A stretch of DNA of 63,434 bases, counting the filler, from Octopus bimaculoides (taxonomy: Eukaryota): the NCBI RefSeq assembly GCF_001194135.2. It is 6 parts of 6 records of this genome, joined end to end, with 100 filler letters (N's around TTAATTAATTAA, not from the genome) between each part and the next. Parts side by side here need not be neighbours in the genome. Positions count along the whole stretch, not along the records: positions 9,160 to 31,379 come from NC_068997.1; 5 more parts are not named here. One strand, given 5' to 3'. The notes under the pieces were generated by a model that was given only the letters and a program-made list of their open reading frames with translations, searched no databases and was not told the origin of the DNA. Numbering within the stretch: the stretch's first letter is position 1; every line of letters begins with the position of its first letter. Of the stretch, positions 12,643 to 26,500 are shown in pieces. The translations under genes and the position numbers were made by a program.

Positions 12643-15600
12643 TGGCACTGCCTGAAATTGAACTCGGAGTCTTGAGGTTAGTAGCCTGTGCTCTTAGCCA
12701 TTATGCTATGTGCCTGTGGGCAATTATAGAGTGAATTTTATATAAAAAATACCTTAGGAATGAGAACCCAGGGTTGGGTTCAAAATTGTACCAGGACACC
12801 TGATGGAGGCTGGAGAGTAAATCAGCTGAAACATTGTGGTAACAACAAACAGGATGAGGACACACATCTGTCCAATGTAAATAATATACAGAATTCTTCA
12901 TCTCTAAAATATAAAACAGAATTAAGAGACATGATAAAAATTTCAGCTTTAGTTAAATAATCTTTTCTTTAAGATCTAATAAGTTATTTATTTATATTCT
13001 AGTTGGCTTTCTTTCGTTATAATTGCTGTGTTTTAATTTTCAGAAAGCTGCAGAGACATCTGGTGTCTTTTCAAACACAAATCCAGATACTGACTCTCTG
13101 CTCCCTGGAAAAACTTCTGTGGAAGATCTTTCTAAAAATCAACTATTTTCAAGTGATACCAAACCATCAGATATGTTGAGAAATGACACCTTTGATAAAG
13201 ACCAATTTGTGGAAGAGCTACCTGCCACTAAAAAAGAAACTGATGCTGCTCTGCAGGTAAACTGACTTGTTTTAAATTAATACATTAGCTACATCACATT
13301 ACTTGTTTCAGTGGAAATTTATATGCTTTTACTTCATAATTGATAATTAGTGTTAGGCATGAGATTTAACTTAATAATATGGATGGAAATAATTTTACTT
13401 CACAGTTCAGTAGTTACTTGTCTTTGTTAAAGTTAATCATTTACAAATTCCAATCTGAAAACTATTTGAGAACAAAATAGCTTGATTCACTTATCGTCAA
13501 CATCATCATCATCGTTTAACGTCCGCTTTCTATGCTAGCATGGGTTGGACGATTTGACTGAGGACTGGTGAAACCGGATGGCAACACCAGGCTCCAATCT
13601 GATTTGGCAGAGTTTCTACAGCTGGATGCCCTTCCTAATGCCAACAACTCAGAGAGTGTAGTGGGTGCTTTTACGTGTCACCCGCACGAAGGCCAGTCAG
13701 GCGGTACTGGCAACGGCCACGCTCAAAATGGTTGATATTAAGATGAACAAGTAATACTACTCTATGTATTTTCTTTCATTTGTTGTTGTTAGTCGTGTAA
13801 GACATTTTGTATCTTCATTTTTCAGGAAGAATCTGATGATCCATTAAAGAATGCCATGGGTATGTAATTCATTTTCAGCAAATTTTCTAAAATAATTTGC
13901 TTATTGAATATTTTGGTTGATCTCATATCACCTGTTGAGTCCCTGTCCTTCTCTCAATGAAAATAATGAAACACAACTCTTGATACAATATTCGAACTGT
14001 CTTTTTTTACCAATGACGCATTTGTTGTTAATAAAGGTCCATATGAACTTTTAGTTCAGTATACAGTGTATAAACTGCTACTCTAGTGTATGTTGGTATT
14101 AGAAGAAAGTTCATGGCACCTGTGCCCAGCGTCGCCTTTCTGGCACTTGTGCTCGCGGCATGTGTAAGGACTTTCGAGCGAGATCGTTGCCAGTGCCCCT
14201 GGACTGGCTCTTGTGCGGGTGGCACATAAAATACACCATTTTGAGCGTGGCCGTTGCCAGTACCGCCTGACTGGCCTTCGTGCCGGTAAAAGCACCCACT
14301 ACACTCTCGGAGTGGTTGGCGTTAGGAAGGGCATCCAGCTGTAGAAACTCTGCCAAATCAGATTGGAGCCTCGTGTAGCCATCTGGTTTCACTAGTCCTC
14401 AGTCAAATCGTCCAACCCATGCTAGCATGGAAAGCGGACGTTAAACGATGATGATGATGATGATGATGAATTGGCTGAGCTGTTAGCTTACAGACTGAAG
14501 GATAAAAGGTTTATATTCTGTTGCTGGTACTTCACTGTCTCAGTTCAGGGTATTTATCTCTCAATGAATCAATATACTTAGCTGTTGACATTTACCAAAC
14601 TGTTCTCTGATTAATGTCCTTTTGTAAGCTGAAAATCCCTTTATATAGCTAGAGAAAATAATCATCTCTGTGTATCATCCCTTGAATCATCATTCTAATG
14701 TCAACTCTTCCATACTTGCATGAATCAGACTGAGTTTATTGAGACAGATTTTCTATGGCTGGATGCCCTTCCTGTCACCAATCCTCACCTGTTACCAAGC
14801 AATGTAATATTTCGCCATGGCTAGTCATGTTCTTGCAAAATATTGCAAATGAATGACATTCCTTGTATGGCAGTGACACTCATTCACAACTGTTACACAA
14901 TGTCAAGACAACTAGACACAAATATACACACACACACACATATTATCTCTCTCTCTCTCTCTCTCACACACACACCTCATGGTCTTCTTACAGTTTCTGT
15001 CTACCAAATCCACTACCAAAACTTTAATTGGTCTGGGTTTACAGTGCCATGCAGTGGAACTGAACCCAAAATGTGGTTGGCATGCAAATTTCTTAACAAC
15101 ATACCAATACGTGTGTCTCTATGAAGACAATATTGCAAGATTGTCTGCTAAGTGTTCATGGTTTTGACTTTTTTTTTTTTTTCGGAACTCTGAAATATGG
15201 GATAGAATAAGGGTTTGAAAAACAAGTTTTTAATTTTGAGAGCTACTATTAAAGTTGGTGATGGAAAGGCTATAGTACCCCTGTAGTGTTGCAAAACTTC
15301 AGTGAATGTAATTGATATTGAAAATTGCCAGAATTAATGCAAGATTGTGAAAGCAAATTCCCTGCCCCGCCCCTTTAAGAATAATCAGTTTTGATTCCCA
15401 TGCAGTCATATATGTTTATGTACCTATATATATATATATTATAGTATTTTATAAGCTTCAAGCTTATAAAATACTATTATCATTATTATTTACAGAATTG
15501 TAAAAATCGATGCTGCTTAACAAAAACCATCACAGAAAAAACATATCCACACACACACACACATACACACACACACTGGGTTTCAAATTATTAATGACAT

Positions 15601-18600
15601 AACATTTAAAAATTTTACTTGAAAACTACTTGTTGGAATTCAATGGAATTTCCACAGAATGATGGTAGCAGTTATATGCATGCGGTGTGTAAAAAACATG
15701 AGGTTTTGCGAAAAGTGTAAAGAAACTTCAGCTATTTGCATGATTTCCATGAACTTCCAGTGTTCCAAATTATTAACGAATGGTCTAATAATCATGTAAT
15801 TGTCGATCATAAATGTGACTTAATTACCTTAGAGAAACCTGTTATTACTTCTGAACTTGTAAAAAGTAAATCAACATTAGAAATATATATATAATCATTT
15901 TAATGTCCACTTTTCCATGCTTGTATGCATCAGATGGAATTTGTCGAGGCAGATTTTCTAATTTTCTACAGCTGGATGCCCTACCTGCCCTCAATCATCC
16001 TTATTTGTTTCCCAAACAATGTAATATTTCCCTTTGGAAGCAAATGTCAATGCTTGTATGACGGTGACATATGTTTATAATTATCACATGATGCCAAGGA
16101 GGCACACACACATACACACTTGCACAGATACATATGATGGCCTTCTTCAGTTTCTGTCTGTTAAATCCATTTGCAAAGGCTGTCGTAACTATATTTAAGT
16201 ATTCTCCAAATTAATTTAAAGTAAACATAAATTTTTCTATTAACTTTTCTAGGTCGTATGAATCTCACATGTTGTTAGAGTAACTCTTCCTTTATATAAA
16301 GCCACTACCCAACATAGTCTCCACCACAGGCTATGCATGTACATCCTCACTGCGCCCCAACTCTTGAATCTACTTTGAAAAAATTCAGGTGTGCATTATT
16401 GTGCACACTTCTTCACAACCACGCCTACCTTTCTATTATAGGCACAAGGCCTGAAATTCTGGCAAGGGGGATTAGTCAACTACCATCAACCCCAGTGTTT
16501 CACTGGTACTTAATTTATCGACCCTGAAAGGATGAAAGGCAAAGTCGACCTTGGCGAAATTTGAACTCAGAATGTGGCGGTCGGCAAAATACCGCTAATC
16601 ATTTCGTCCAGTGTGCTAACAATTCTGCCAGCTCGCCGCCTTCAACTACTTCTACCTTGCCTGTGCTCATGAAGACTTCTTCATTGGACTAAATATGTGG
16701 AAGGCAGAAGGTACCAGATGCCAAAGATGTGTATGGTCCTACATTACCATGGTGAATGTGGATTGTTCTCAGATTCTGGTTCAGTGATTTCCTCCTTGTC
16801 GCTTCTCTAAGCTTTCTGAGTTTTACAGTGTACCACTTGTTGATGGTACACCAAAATTCCAGAAAGATCAAGGAAAATGATACTCTTTCACCCCCAAAAG
16901 TTAGTCGCTTTCTGTGCTGATTGCTGTCTCTTGAACTTCTTATACCTTGGAGAAGAGGTGTGATGCCTTCATTTCTGCATCATAAAGTTATGTCTACATT
17001 TCTTCCCCTATCATCAGATCTGGAAAAAAAAAACATGTTCATTGGCTTGAAATACTTCCAGCTGATCAAATCAGAATTCTATCCTTCTCTCCTTCAAGTT
17101 GGTCGTCCCCTGTCTCCTGTGTCATATTGTGACTGCAATTCAGTTGTGCAGCAACCTCACAGATTATGACTCATTCATTTGTTCTCCCACTATTGCTTAT
17201 TGTCAGTGGTTGCAGCTGATGGTCTCCCACTGTGTAGTTTGTCTTCAGTACTGGCTTCCTCTCCTTTAAGCTTCTTCATCCATCTGTACACTTTGGTCTT
17301 GACAGTGGTATCATCTCTGTAAACAACCTATAGCCTTCTATGAATGTTGGACACCCTGCACTTTGAACTACAACCGTACAGGAGCACTGTCTCAAAAGTT
17401 TTTAATTGATAACAGTAATCTCGGTACTTATTTTGTTGATTGACTCCATTAATGCCATATGATTCCATTTTTTAAAATTTTGTTTTATAATCAGTGATGT
17501 GACAACACACATATTTGCACCATACAGTGGATTTCACTGTGGTTTCATTTACAAATATCACTCACAAGTATTGATCAACAAGAGCCAATAGTAGAAATAT
17601 GCCCGATTTGCTGTGTAATGGGATTGGACATGCAATCATCATTGCAAAGTGAACTTTTTAAACCATGCAGTCCAGGCCTTGCTATAGACATTATTCGACA
17701 GATGCATAATTTGATTTTATTCAGAAAGGATCGCTAGGACTTGCTTTTGCAATTCAAGTAAAGTTTTGGTCCTCATAATAATCTATAAAAAATCAGACTC
17801 AAGGTAAATTTATAACTAATTTCTACGAACACACTCAAGAAATAAAACAAATGGGGTTTATGTCAATTCAGACAGTTTTCTCTGTGTGTGTTTGCATGCA
17901 TTTGCCTAGATACAGAATAACTGACAAGATAAGACATTGAAAATACCAACTTAATTCAAAATTTCAAATCTTCAGTGGGTATTTCCTTATCTTTGAGTAG
18001 GACACTTCTATAGGCTTCACTTAATTTAGGTGTGGAGAAAAGCTCTACATTCATGGATCTGGCTGACATTTTTTTCTAGTACATATTCAGCTCTCTTCTG
18101 TTTAAAGCTACAGAATGCTCTAGTCCTTATGGGGTTCCTCTGAAGGATCTCTTGAGTAATGTTACTTGACAGGGTGCATAGCTTGGGTGTCTGTCTAGGT
18201 CATGCTGCTACTTCCTCCTATTGAGAGTCACAGCTTTGGTTCTATGGACATGTAATTAGTGTGTTATAGAAAAGAATTGCAAAATGGATTCTTCAAACCA
18301 AGTCAACCAATGGGGGTCCGAGGCATAGACAGTAAATGTGATGGTTGGCTAAGTCTCAGCTAGTCACACTTGGGAATCCAGCCAGAAAGGGATACTGATA
18401 GTTGCAGATGCCTGAGGACTCTACTCCCCATAACCCTCCCAGGGACAGTGAGTGAAGAAGATGGATATATGAAGCACAACAACTGAGATGTTAGTTATCT
18501 GAACAACTGATGACTTGATCATGGGTTTTAAATCTTGCCACAACCATTTTTATTGTTTCTCTGATCAATTACGAGCTATTGCATGAGTGGTGTGCATTAT

Positions 18601-18880
18601 CATTTTTACACCCAGTTTTTCTACACTGACATAGATTGGATGTGATCTCCTGAAGTAATTTTCTATGGCCAGGTGCCTTTCTTTTTCCTATTCCTTACTT
18701 GTTTTACAAGTAAAATATGTTTTATCTTCTTAGATCTCACAGTTTTATAACTGCCAGTTTACAACACGTCATTTACAGTAAGACATCACAGTTGCTCAAG
18801 CATTGACCCTGTGAAGACACATGGTTCACACACATGCACAAATATATACATGTACATGTGTATATTTGAGAGAAGTAGTA

Positions 18881-18923
<43 letters not shown>

Positions 18924-21900
18924 NNNNNNNNNNATATATATATATATATATATATATATAGGTTGTTTTGTACAGTTTCCATCAACCAAGGCCATAGAAG
19001 ACATTTGCTCAAGATGCCATGCCATGATGAGGGATGGAAGACAAAATCAGGCATTTTCTAAGTGAACTTTATAACCTCACAGCCATTCCTTTACCTGTAA
19101 ATGTCCAAATTGACTGAACCAAGACCACTCACAATAGCATGAGAAAATGCTTGAATACAAGTACATATATGAGTGTGATAATTTTGGTATTTTGTACAAG
19201 ATTATATCCAGATCCATGTTTATTTTCTGTGAGCCCATAGTTTTGTCCAATATTTTGTACCTCTGCTGTATTTTAAATGTGTGCTGAGTGCAATACCATT
19301 GAAGACATATGGAATGAAAATTTGACACAAGTTTGTATGTGAAGTATAATTATTATCCGTATTTTAGCTGTAGTACTTATATAGTCCATTGATCTTGTAG
19401 GATTACTAGACTAAAAGCTTTTATTAGTAATGTTTTCTTTCTTTATTTCTTTATTTTCTATTTAAACTCTCAACACAGCACAGTCTGTTGTGGAGTGTAG
19501 TTTAACAAGTTTTCATTTCGTATCAACTATTTCATTCTAAATTAACTTTCTGTAGCATTGCCAGAACAGTCATCTTCATCTGCAGAGACGAATACAAAAG
19601 AAGAAAAGAGTGAAATGTCCACATCAAAGCCAGAGAATAACACAAAAGAAGAAGACAATAAAATGTCCTTGTCAGCAGAGAATAATACAAAAGAAAAAAA
19701 CAGTGAAATGTCTTCATCCACAGAGAATAACTCAAAAGAAGAAAATAGTAAAAAATCATCCTCGTCAGCCAGTGTGAAAAGCACAACTCCATCACAAAAA
19801 TGTAATGAAATTAAAGGAGATAAGGTGGCCAAAACAGCTCTCTCGGAAAGTTTACCTTCGACACCAAGTGTTAAACGTAAAGCACCATTTGCATTAAAAG
19901 ACACAGTCAGTATGGACACTTCCACCACTCAACAGAGTGAAGAAAATGAATCACTGATTGTACATGTTGATGATACACAGAACGATTTAGATGCTGATCT
20001 TGTGGCATCAAAGGACAAAGTGCGTGGCAAAACTGAAGCAAAGAAAACAGATGGAAGCAAAGTTGAAGAAAGGGCTAAAGGTAAAACAGAAGGAGGGCAA
20101 ACTGAGAAGAAGGCTGATGAAAAGAAAGATGATAAAGATGTAAAGTCGAAGAGGTTGGTTTTCATGTCATCTTTCCCACTGCTTTGATTCAAAGATGTCA
20201 TTAGTTAAATGATCTTACTTCTCGGTAACAGATGTTGACATCTTGACTGCAACTGGGGTCTACAACTGCCAATGGGAACAGATTTTCTTGAACCTTAAGT
20301 TAACCTGTCTAAGTAGGTTTTCTTCAGAGAACATCCTCTCATGGCTAATCATGAGTTATTTTAAAAGAGAATATGTGAGTGTGTATGTGGTTTGGTTGTT
20401 AGATTCAGCTTCAAACTACTAATTATAATAATGATAGACATTTTCCTAGTCTACTTCATAAAACAGGAAGGTCTACTGTTATGATTGTACTGTGGAAAAC
20501 TCTTATTCACATCTTAGCCTGGGTTATAATTGACAGAAACCTATTTGACATATCTTTTCATTAGTTTCTGATATCTGAAACAAAAATGAAAGAATTAAAA
20601 ACCCACATTTTCTCCTGGGTTGTCTGCTACAGCCTCATAAGAGATTAATGTAGTATGAGTAATTAAGTGGAGATGTGATGGATGGTACTAATGAGGATGT
20701 TTGCTAGTTAATGTTGCGCTGCTTATATTAGGAAATATTCGTTATATTTTAGATTGTTATTGTGAGCTATAGTTCATGAAATAAAAAGGGGCCAGCAAAT
20801 GGTTTAGGGGTTCGGCTGGGGATCAGGAATCTCAATTGGAATGTTATTAATTCCATGTGCTCAATCTCAGATATTAGGAGATTAACCAAATTGCTGAAGT
20901 ATTATCCACAGGAACAGATTAACCAATGTCAAGAAGCAAAAATTTCTGTTTGGATGAAGATGGCAACAACAACTGAAGCAGATGAGGAGGAGGAGGGATC
21001 CTGAGTTCTCAAGACTAAAAAGACACAACTTTGCGGATGTTAGATAATTAATAATTTTTCTGCCAAGATACAAACTGGAAGATGTTTGGAAAACCTGGTT
21101 CCTGTATTCCAGCCATGTTCCTGCTAAATTAGCAGTTAATGTTTAGGGAATTCCACATTGCTTGCTGACCTCTTTTTAGTTTCATGAAGACTATAGTTCC
21201 TGTGTTTCTGTACATTTTTCGTCATAAGCGTTAGTCACTTGATGTGTAGTGTCAGTTTTTAGTTAATTTAGGTAACCCATTTATGATCTTAACCAATATC
21301 TTCATTTGAAATTAGTGGTTTTTGTATTCATTTATACTTAAAATGGGGTAATAAATGTACAAAAGCACATTTTGTATCAGGTAAGCTTCTTTGATCATCA
21401 CATGTCCCCTACATACAATATTAATTTGATAGTAATTATAAAAATATTAACTAGGTGGGTATAACATTTGCTGAAGTTATGTTGTTACATTTGTTCTTTG
21501 TCCCTTACATAATTGTCATTTGTTTTAAGAAGATTCTGTGTGTGTGTGTGTGTGTGCNNNNNNNNNNTATATATATATATATATATAATTATGTGTATTT
21601 CTTCTATCTTAATGAATATATATAAACATATATACATATACATATATATATATATTGTTGTATTTGGGGATGGTCATGTTGCCAGTTTAGCCAATAAAAA
21701 CACACGTACTGTATATTTGGTGTTAATTTACTTCAGATTTATATTACATTACATTAATCATATTTCGGCCAGGGTTCTTTCGTCACACTTCTGTGACTTC
21801 ATCAGTGGTCCTTTGCTTTCTTCTTTCTATGTGTGTCCCTCCTTGCGAACGATCAGCCATTTTGTATTTTGTATTCCTATTTTATGTGTCTACATTTGCG

Positions 21901-22814
21901 CATGCGTATCCCTCTATGTGTGCCTATGTTTGTCTAAGTTTTCTAAGTGCATGTGTGTGTATGGGGAGTGCCTGTATTATTTGTATCCTCTGTTAATACA
22001 TGCACACACTAGCACACACCCCCAACAAACCACAACATATGACAATAAAATCCCCATAAAACGATAGCAATATGAACAAAATATAATACAATACATAGAT
22101 AAAAAAATGGAATTAAATACTACAAAATTTAATTAAATACAAAAAGAAAAGTAGGTATAAACACATGAACAAATAAATAAATAAAAACAAAATAAATGAA
22201 CATGTATTAACAGAGGATATAGATAATACAGGCACTCCCCATACACACACATGCACTTACAAAACATAGACACACATAGACACCCATAGAGGGATACGCA
22301 TGCGCAAATGTAGACACATAAAATAGGAATACAANNNNNNNNNNGTCCTCCAAGATCAGTTCATGAATTTTTGTGATGTTTTCATTCGTTCAGGCAGGGT
22401 GGGTGTCAGCAGTCACCCTGAACGAGGCTGGTCGTTAAGCAACAAGTGACCATTCCTAACGCGTGAAAACCACTTGTAAACTTGTGCTATGGCTCATGGC
22501 AATGTCCTTGTAATCTGTTTGAAGCATGACAGCTATTCAGCAACTGTTTGCCCCAGCAGGAAACAGAATTTTATGGAAGCATGATGTTCCTTCATTGCAA
22601 AAATTGACAAACTGGAGAAGCACTGCAAAAGAAAGATGCACTACATGGCAGCTCAATGTCACCTGATTCCGCCAGTCAGCAGACTGATGCCTAAGGGTTG
22701 CATCTAGTGACAGAAGCCTGAACTACAACAGGCTTGTCCAACAGAGAATGTTTACGGTTCTTTTGGGTACCCCCTCACACACAAACACAAACACAAACAC
22801 ACACACACACATAC

Positions 22815-22865
<51 letters not shown>

Positions 22866-23468
22866 NNNNNNNNNNNNNNNNNNNNNNNNNNNNNNNNNNN
22901 NNNNNNNNNNNNNNNNNNNNNNNNNNNNNNNNNNNNNNNNNNNNNNNNNNNNNNNNNNNNNNNNNNNNNNNNNNNNNNNNNNNNNNNNNNNNNNNNNNNN
23001 NNNNNNNNNNNNNNNNNNNNNNNNNNNNNNNNNNNNNNNNNNNNNNNNNNNNNNNNNNNNNNNNNNNNNNNNNNNNNNNNNNNNNNNNNNNNNNNNNNNN
23101 NNNNNNNNNNNCCATTCGATGTCAACATTTCTGTGCTCAACTCTATCCAGCGACTGATCCGTTGGATGTCTGACGTTTGGCACTTCCTCAGGAATGGCTT
23201 CCATTAGAACAAATGACCAAAAAACACAATTATCCAACGGATCAGTCGCTGGTTAGAGTTGAGCACAGAAATATTGACATCGAATGGTAAATAATTAAAT
23301 AAATGGAATAAAAATCGATCGTGTTGAAAGCCTCTATCGTTTTTAAATATACAAATTTGAAACCTTGGAAATATAAACAAAGAGAACGATCCTTAAGGAA
23401 TCTAATCAATGATCCTTTGGGGTGAAATCTTATGCTATATTGGTAACGATTACAAAATTTACTGGAAA

Positions 23469-23514
<46 letters not shown>

Positions 23515-26500
23515 CACACACAAACAATCATACTTTGTTCACTCTTGTACATAACTCTACATATGTTTAGATTGAAGATCCTAACATAAAATGGTATTCT
23601 GTGTGTTTGCCAGTTCCATTTATATTTATGCATATCATGAAATAATGTTGCAATTCAATTGCATAACTTTCATCATTGATAATTGTAATATTTCTAAACA
23701 ATTATTTTATTGTTGCAGTTCTTCCGTTTCTAAGCCCAAACTTCTCAAAAGCATCAAAAGTAAGTTGTTATTTTTTTCCCTTACCATATTTCCTGATATT
23801 TTTTTCCTTGCTTTCTCAGCTTATTTCTACAGTTTGAAATATTTGAAATTTGGACCTTCATCCCTCTTTTCATATTTATTGATGCATTTCTGTATTTAAA
23901 AGGCAACAACCAGAACAGTCGGAATTTGTGGGTCAGTGGTCTTGCTGCAAGTACCCGTGCTACAAACCTTAAGATGCTTTTTACCACATATGGCAAGGTA
24001 TACTCAATGATATCTGTTGTGTCTCCTTTGTGTTATTTATACTGATGTTAACAGGTACTTGATTTTTTTTTCTTAAAGGGGAAAATTACTATTTTATTTA
24101 AAATAAGATATTAATCTTTATCATCTTAATCAAAAGGCAGAAAAACAGACAGAGAGACTATCCCTTTCTAGATGAAGATCAGTTGCAGTGGGATGAGTTG
24201 AATCTCAAAAGAATGGGAAACACAAGCAACAACTGAGTTGTACCTTATAATGAAACTCTTTTAAGAGCATTCAAATGCCACGGCAACGTTGAGATTGTTG
24301 TCTCAGAGAGGTCAGTTAAGTACATCATCAAGTACAGACTGAAACGAAATGACAAAATTAGTCAATATCTAATGGGTAGATATATTGAACCATCCAAAGC
24401 AGTTGCATCCATTTTAGGATTTTCGATTCATGAAAGAGCACCTGCCGTAGTGAGACTGCTTGTTCATCTACCAGATAAACAAAGAATATTGCTCAGAAAT
24501 AACGAGGATATATATGGCTGTCAATGAACGACATATGAGAACAAGATTAACAGAATTCTTTTCATTGTGCATCAATGATGACTTTGCAGAAACATTACTT
24601 TATGCTTAAGTGCCCATGTATTTCACTTGGAATAGCAGTAACAAAGAATGGCAAAGAAGAAAGCAGGAAAAATAATATAGTAACCTTCTTGCCTCCATGC
24701 ATGGATCAGGTGGAGTTTATTGAGGCAGATTTATGACCTGATGCCTCTTCCTCTTGCCAACCCTCATCTGATTCCAGTGAAGATAATATTTCTTCATGGC
24801 TAGACATTTTTTGACATAATATTGGAAATTAACGATACTATTTATTTGAAAGTGACACTTGTTCACAACTATTATAGAATGTCAAGACAAGGAGAGACAC
24901 AAAGAAACACTCACACAGACATACGCACATATATACCACAGGCTTCCTTCAGTTTCTGTCTACCAAATGCATTACAAGGCTTTTGTAGATTTGGGGCTCT
25001 AGTAGAAGACAGTCATCCAAAGTGCTATGCTGTGGGACTGAACCTGTAACCATGTGGTCGGGAAGCTCTCTGTATTGGCGGTGTTGATGAGTATTGAATA
25101 CATATCAAAGTAAATTTTTAAATAATTTTTATATTTTGTTTTTGTTTTTGCGTCAGGTTGTGGGTGCCAAAGTAGTGACAAATGCACGGAGCCCTGGTGC
25201 TCGATGTTATGGTTTTGTGACTATGTCTACAGCACATGAAGCTACTAAATGTATTCAGCATTTGAATCAGACTGAACTGCATGGCCGTATGATATCCGTT
25301 GAAAGGGTGAGTTATCCTAAGTTCATTATTTTGTTTACAGACCAGGTTGTCAGATAGTCATTAAGTATATGGTTACACTAAATTAATCTGTTTTGTAATT
25401 GTAAACTGGTGCAAACACACACACTCTAAGGTAATATGTGGGGCAGAGTGCTTGCATTAGTAGTGGAATGTTGTTGATTCATAGCTGGTATTAGAATCAA
25501 GAAGGAACAGAGCTGTGATGCATGAGAGGGAAGCAGAAAGTGCTTCATTAGGGATGTAACAGATGCCTGTGAGAGACGGTTTGAAACTGAAAGCAAAGAA
25601 TAAACCCTTAGTGAATAATAAAACAGTGGAGGCGCGTGGCTTAGTGGTTAGGGTGTCAGCATCATGATTGTAAGATTGTGGTTTCGATTCCTGGACCGAG
25701 TGATGCATTGTGTTCTTGAGCAAAACACTTCATTTCATGTTGCTCCAGTCCACTCAGCTGGCAAAAATGAATAACGCTGCGATGGACTGGTGTCCCGTCC
25801 AGCTGGGGAATACATACGCCATTGAAACCGGGAAACCGGGCCCATGAGCCTGGCTAAGCTTTAAAAGGGCGCATTTATTTTATTTATTTAATAATAAAAC
25901 AATATTGTTATTGCATAGTTTGGGTGACTACAGCTGCACTTGGTTTGATGGCAACAAGGATAATGGAAGAAAGATGTTATGCTATAGTGAGGGCAATAAA
26001 CCAAGATTTTTCTGGAAGCATCAGTGCTGCTTGGTACCCCTGAAAGGACTGATATGTATGTAAACTATAGAAATGTATCAATAAACTACCCCTGTAAGAG
26101 TAATGTGTGGTGGATATATATGTGTACGTATTTAAATGATAAACACAGAGGCGTGAGAAAGGCGGGAGATAAAAAAAACACTGTTTTTGAGGCCACCAAA
26201 GCTTTCTACTAGTGCCTTCACACATGTCATGTTAATAATTTATGTTCCAAACATGTTAATTTATGTTCCATTAATGATAAGGTTATATTACTAGATTCTT
26301 CATTATTTTCAAAATTAAACAAAGCAATACCAGTGTATTGCAATAGAAATTTTGTAACATAAGGGCTAATGAAATGGTTAATGCTGCTGCTATTTTGGTG
26401 GTTTTGTGTGAGATATACTGGAGAATATATGAGGAGTGTTATGCATGTAATATATGATGAAGACATTAACAGTAAACGAGCAGTGTAGAGATGTAATGTT

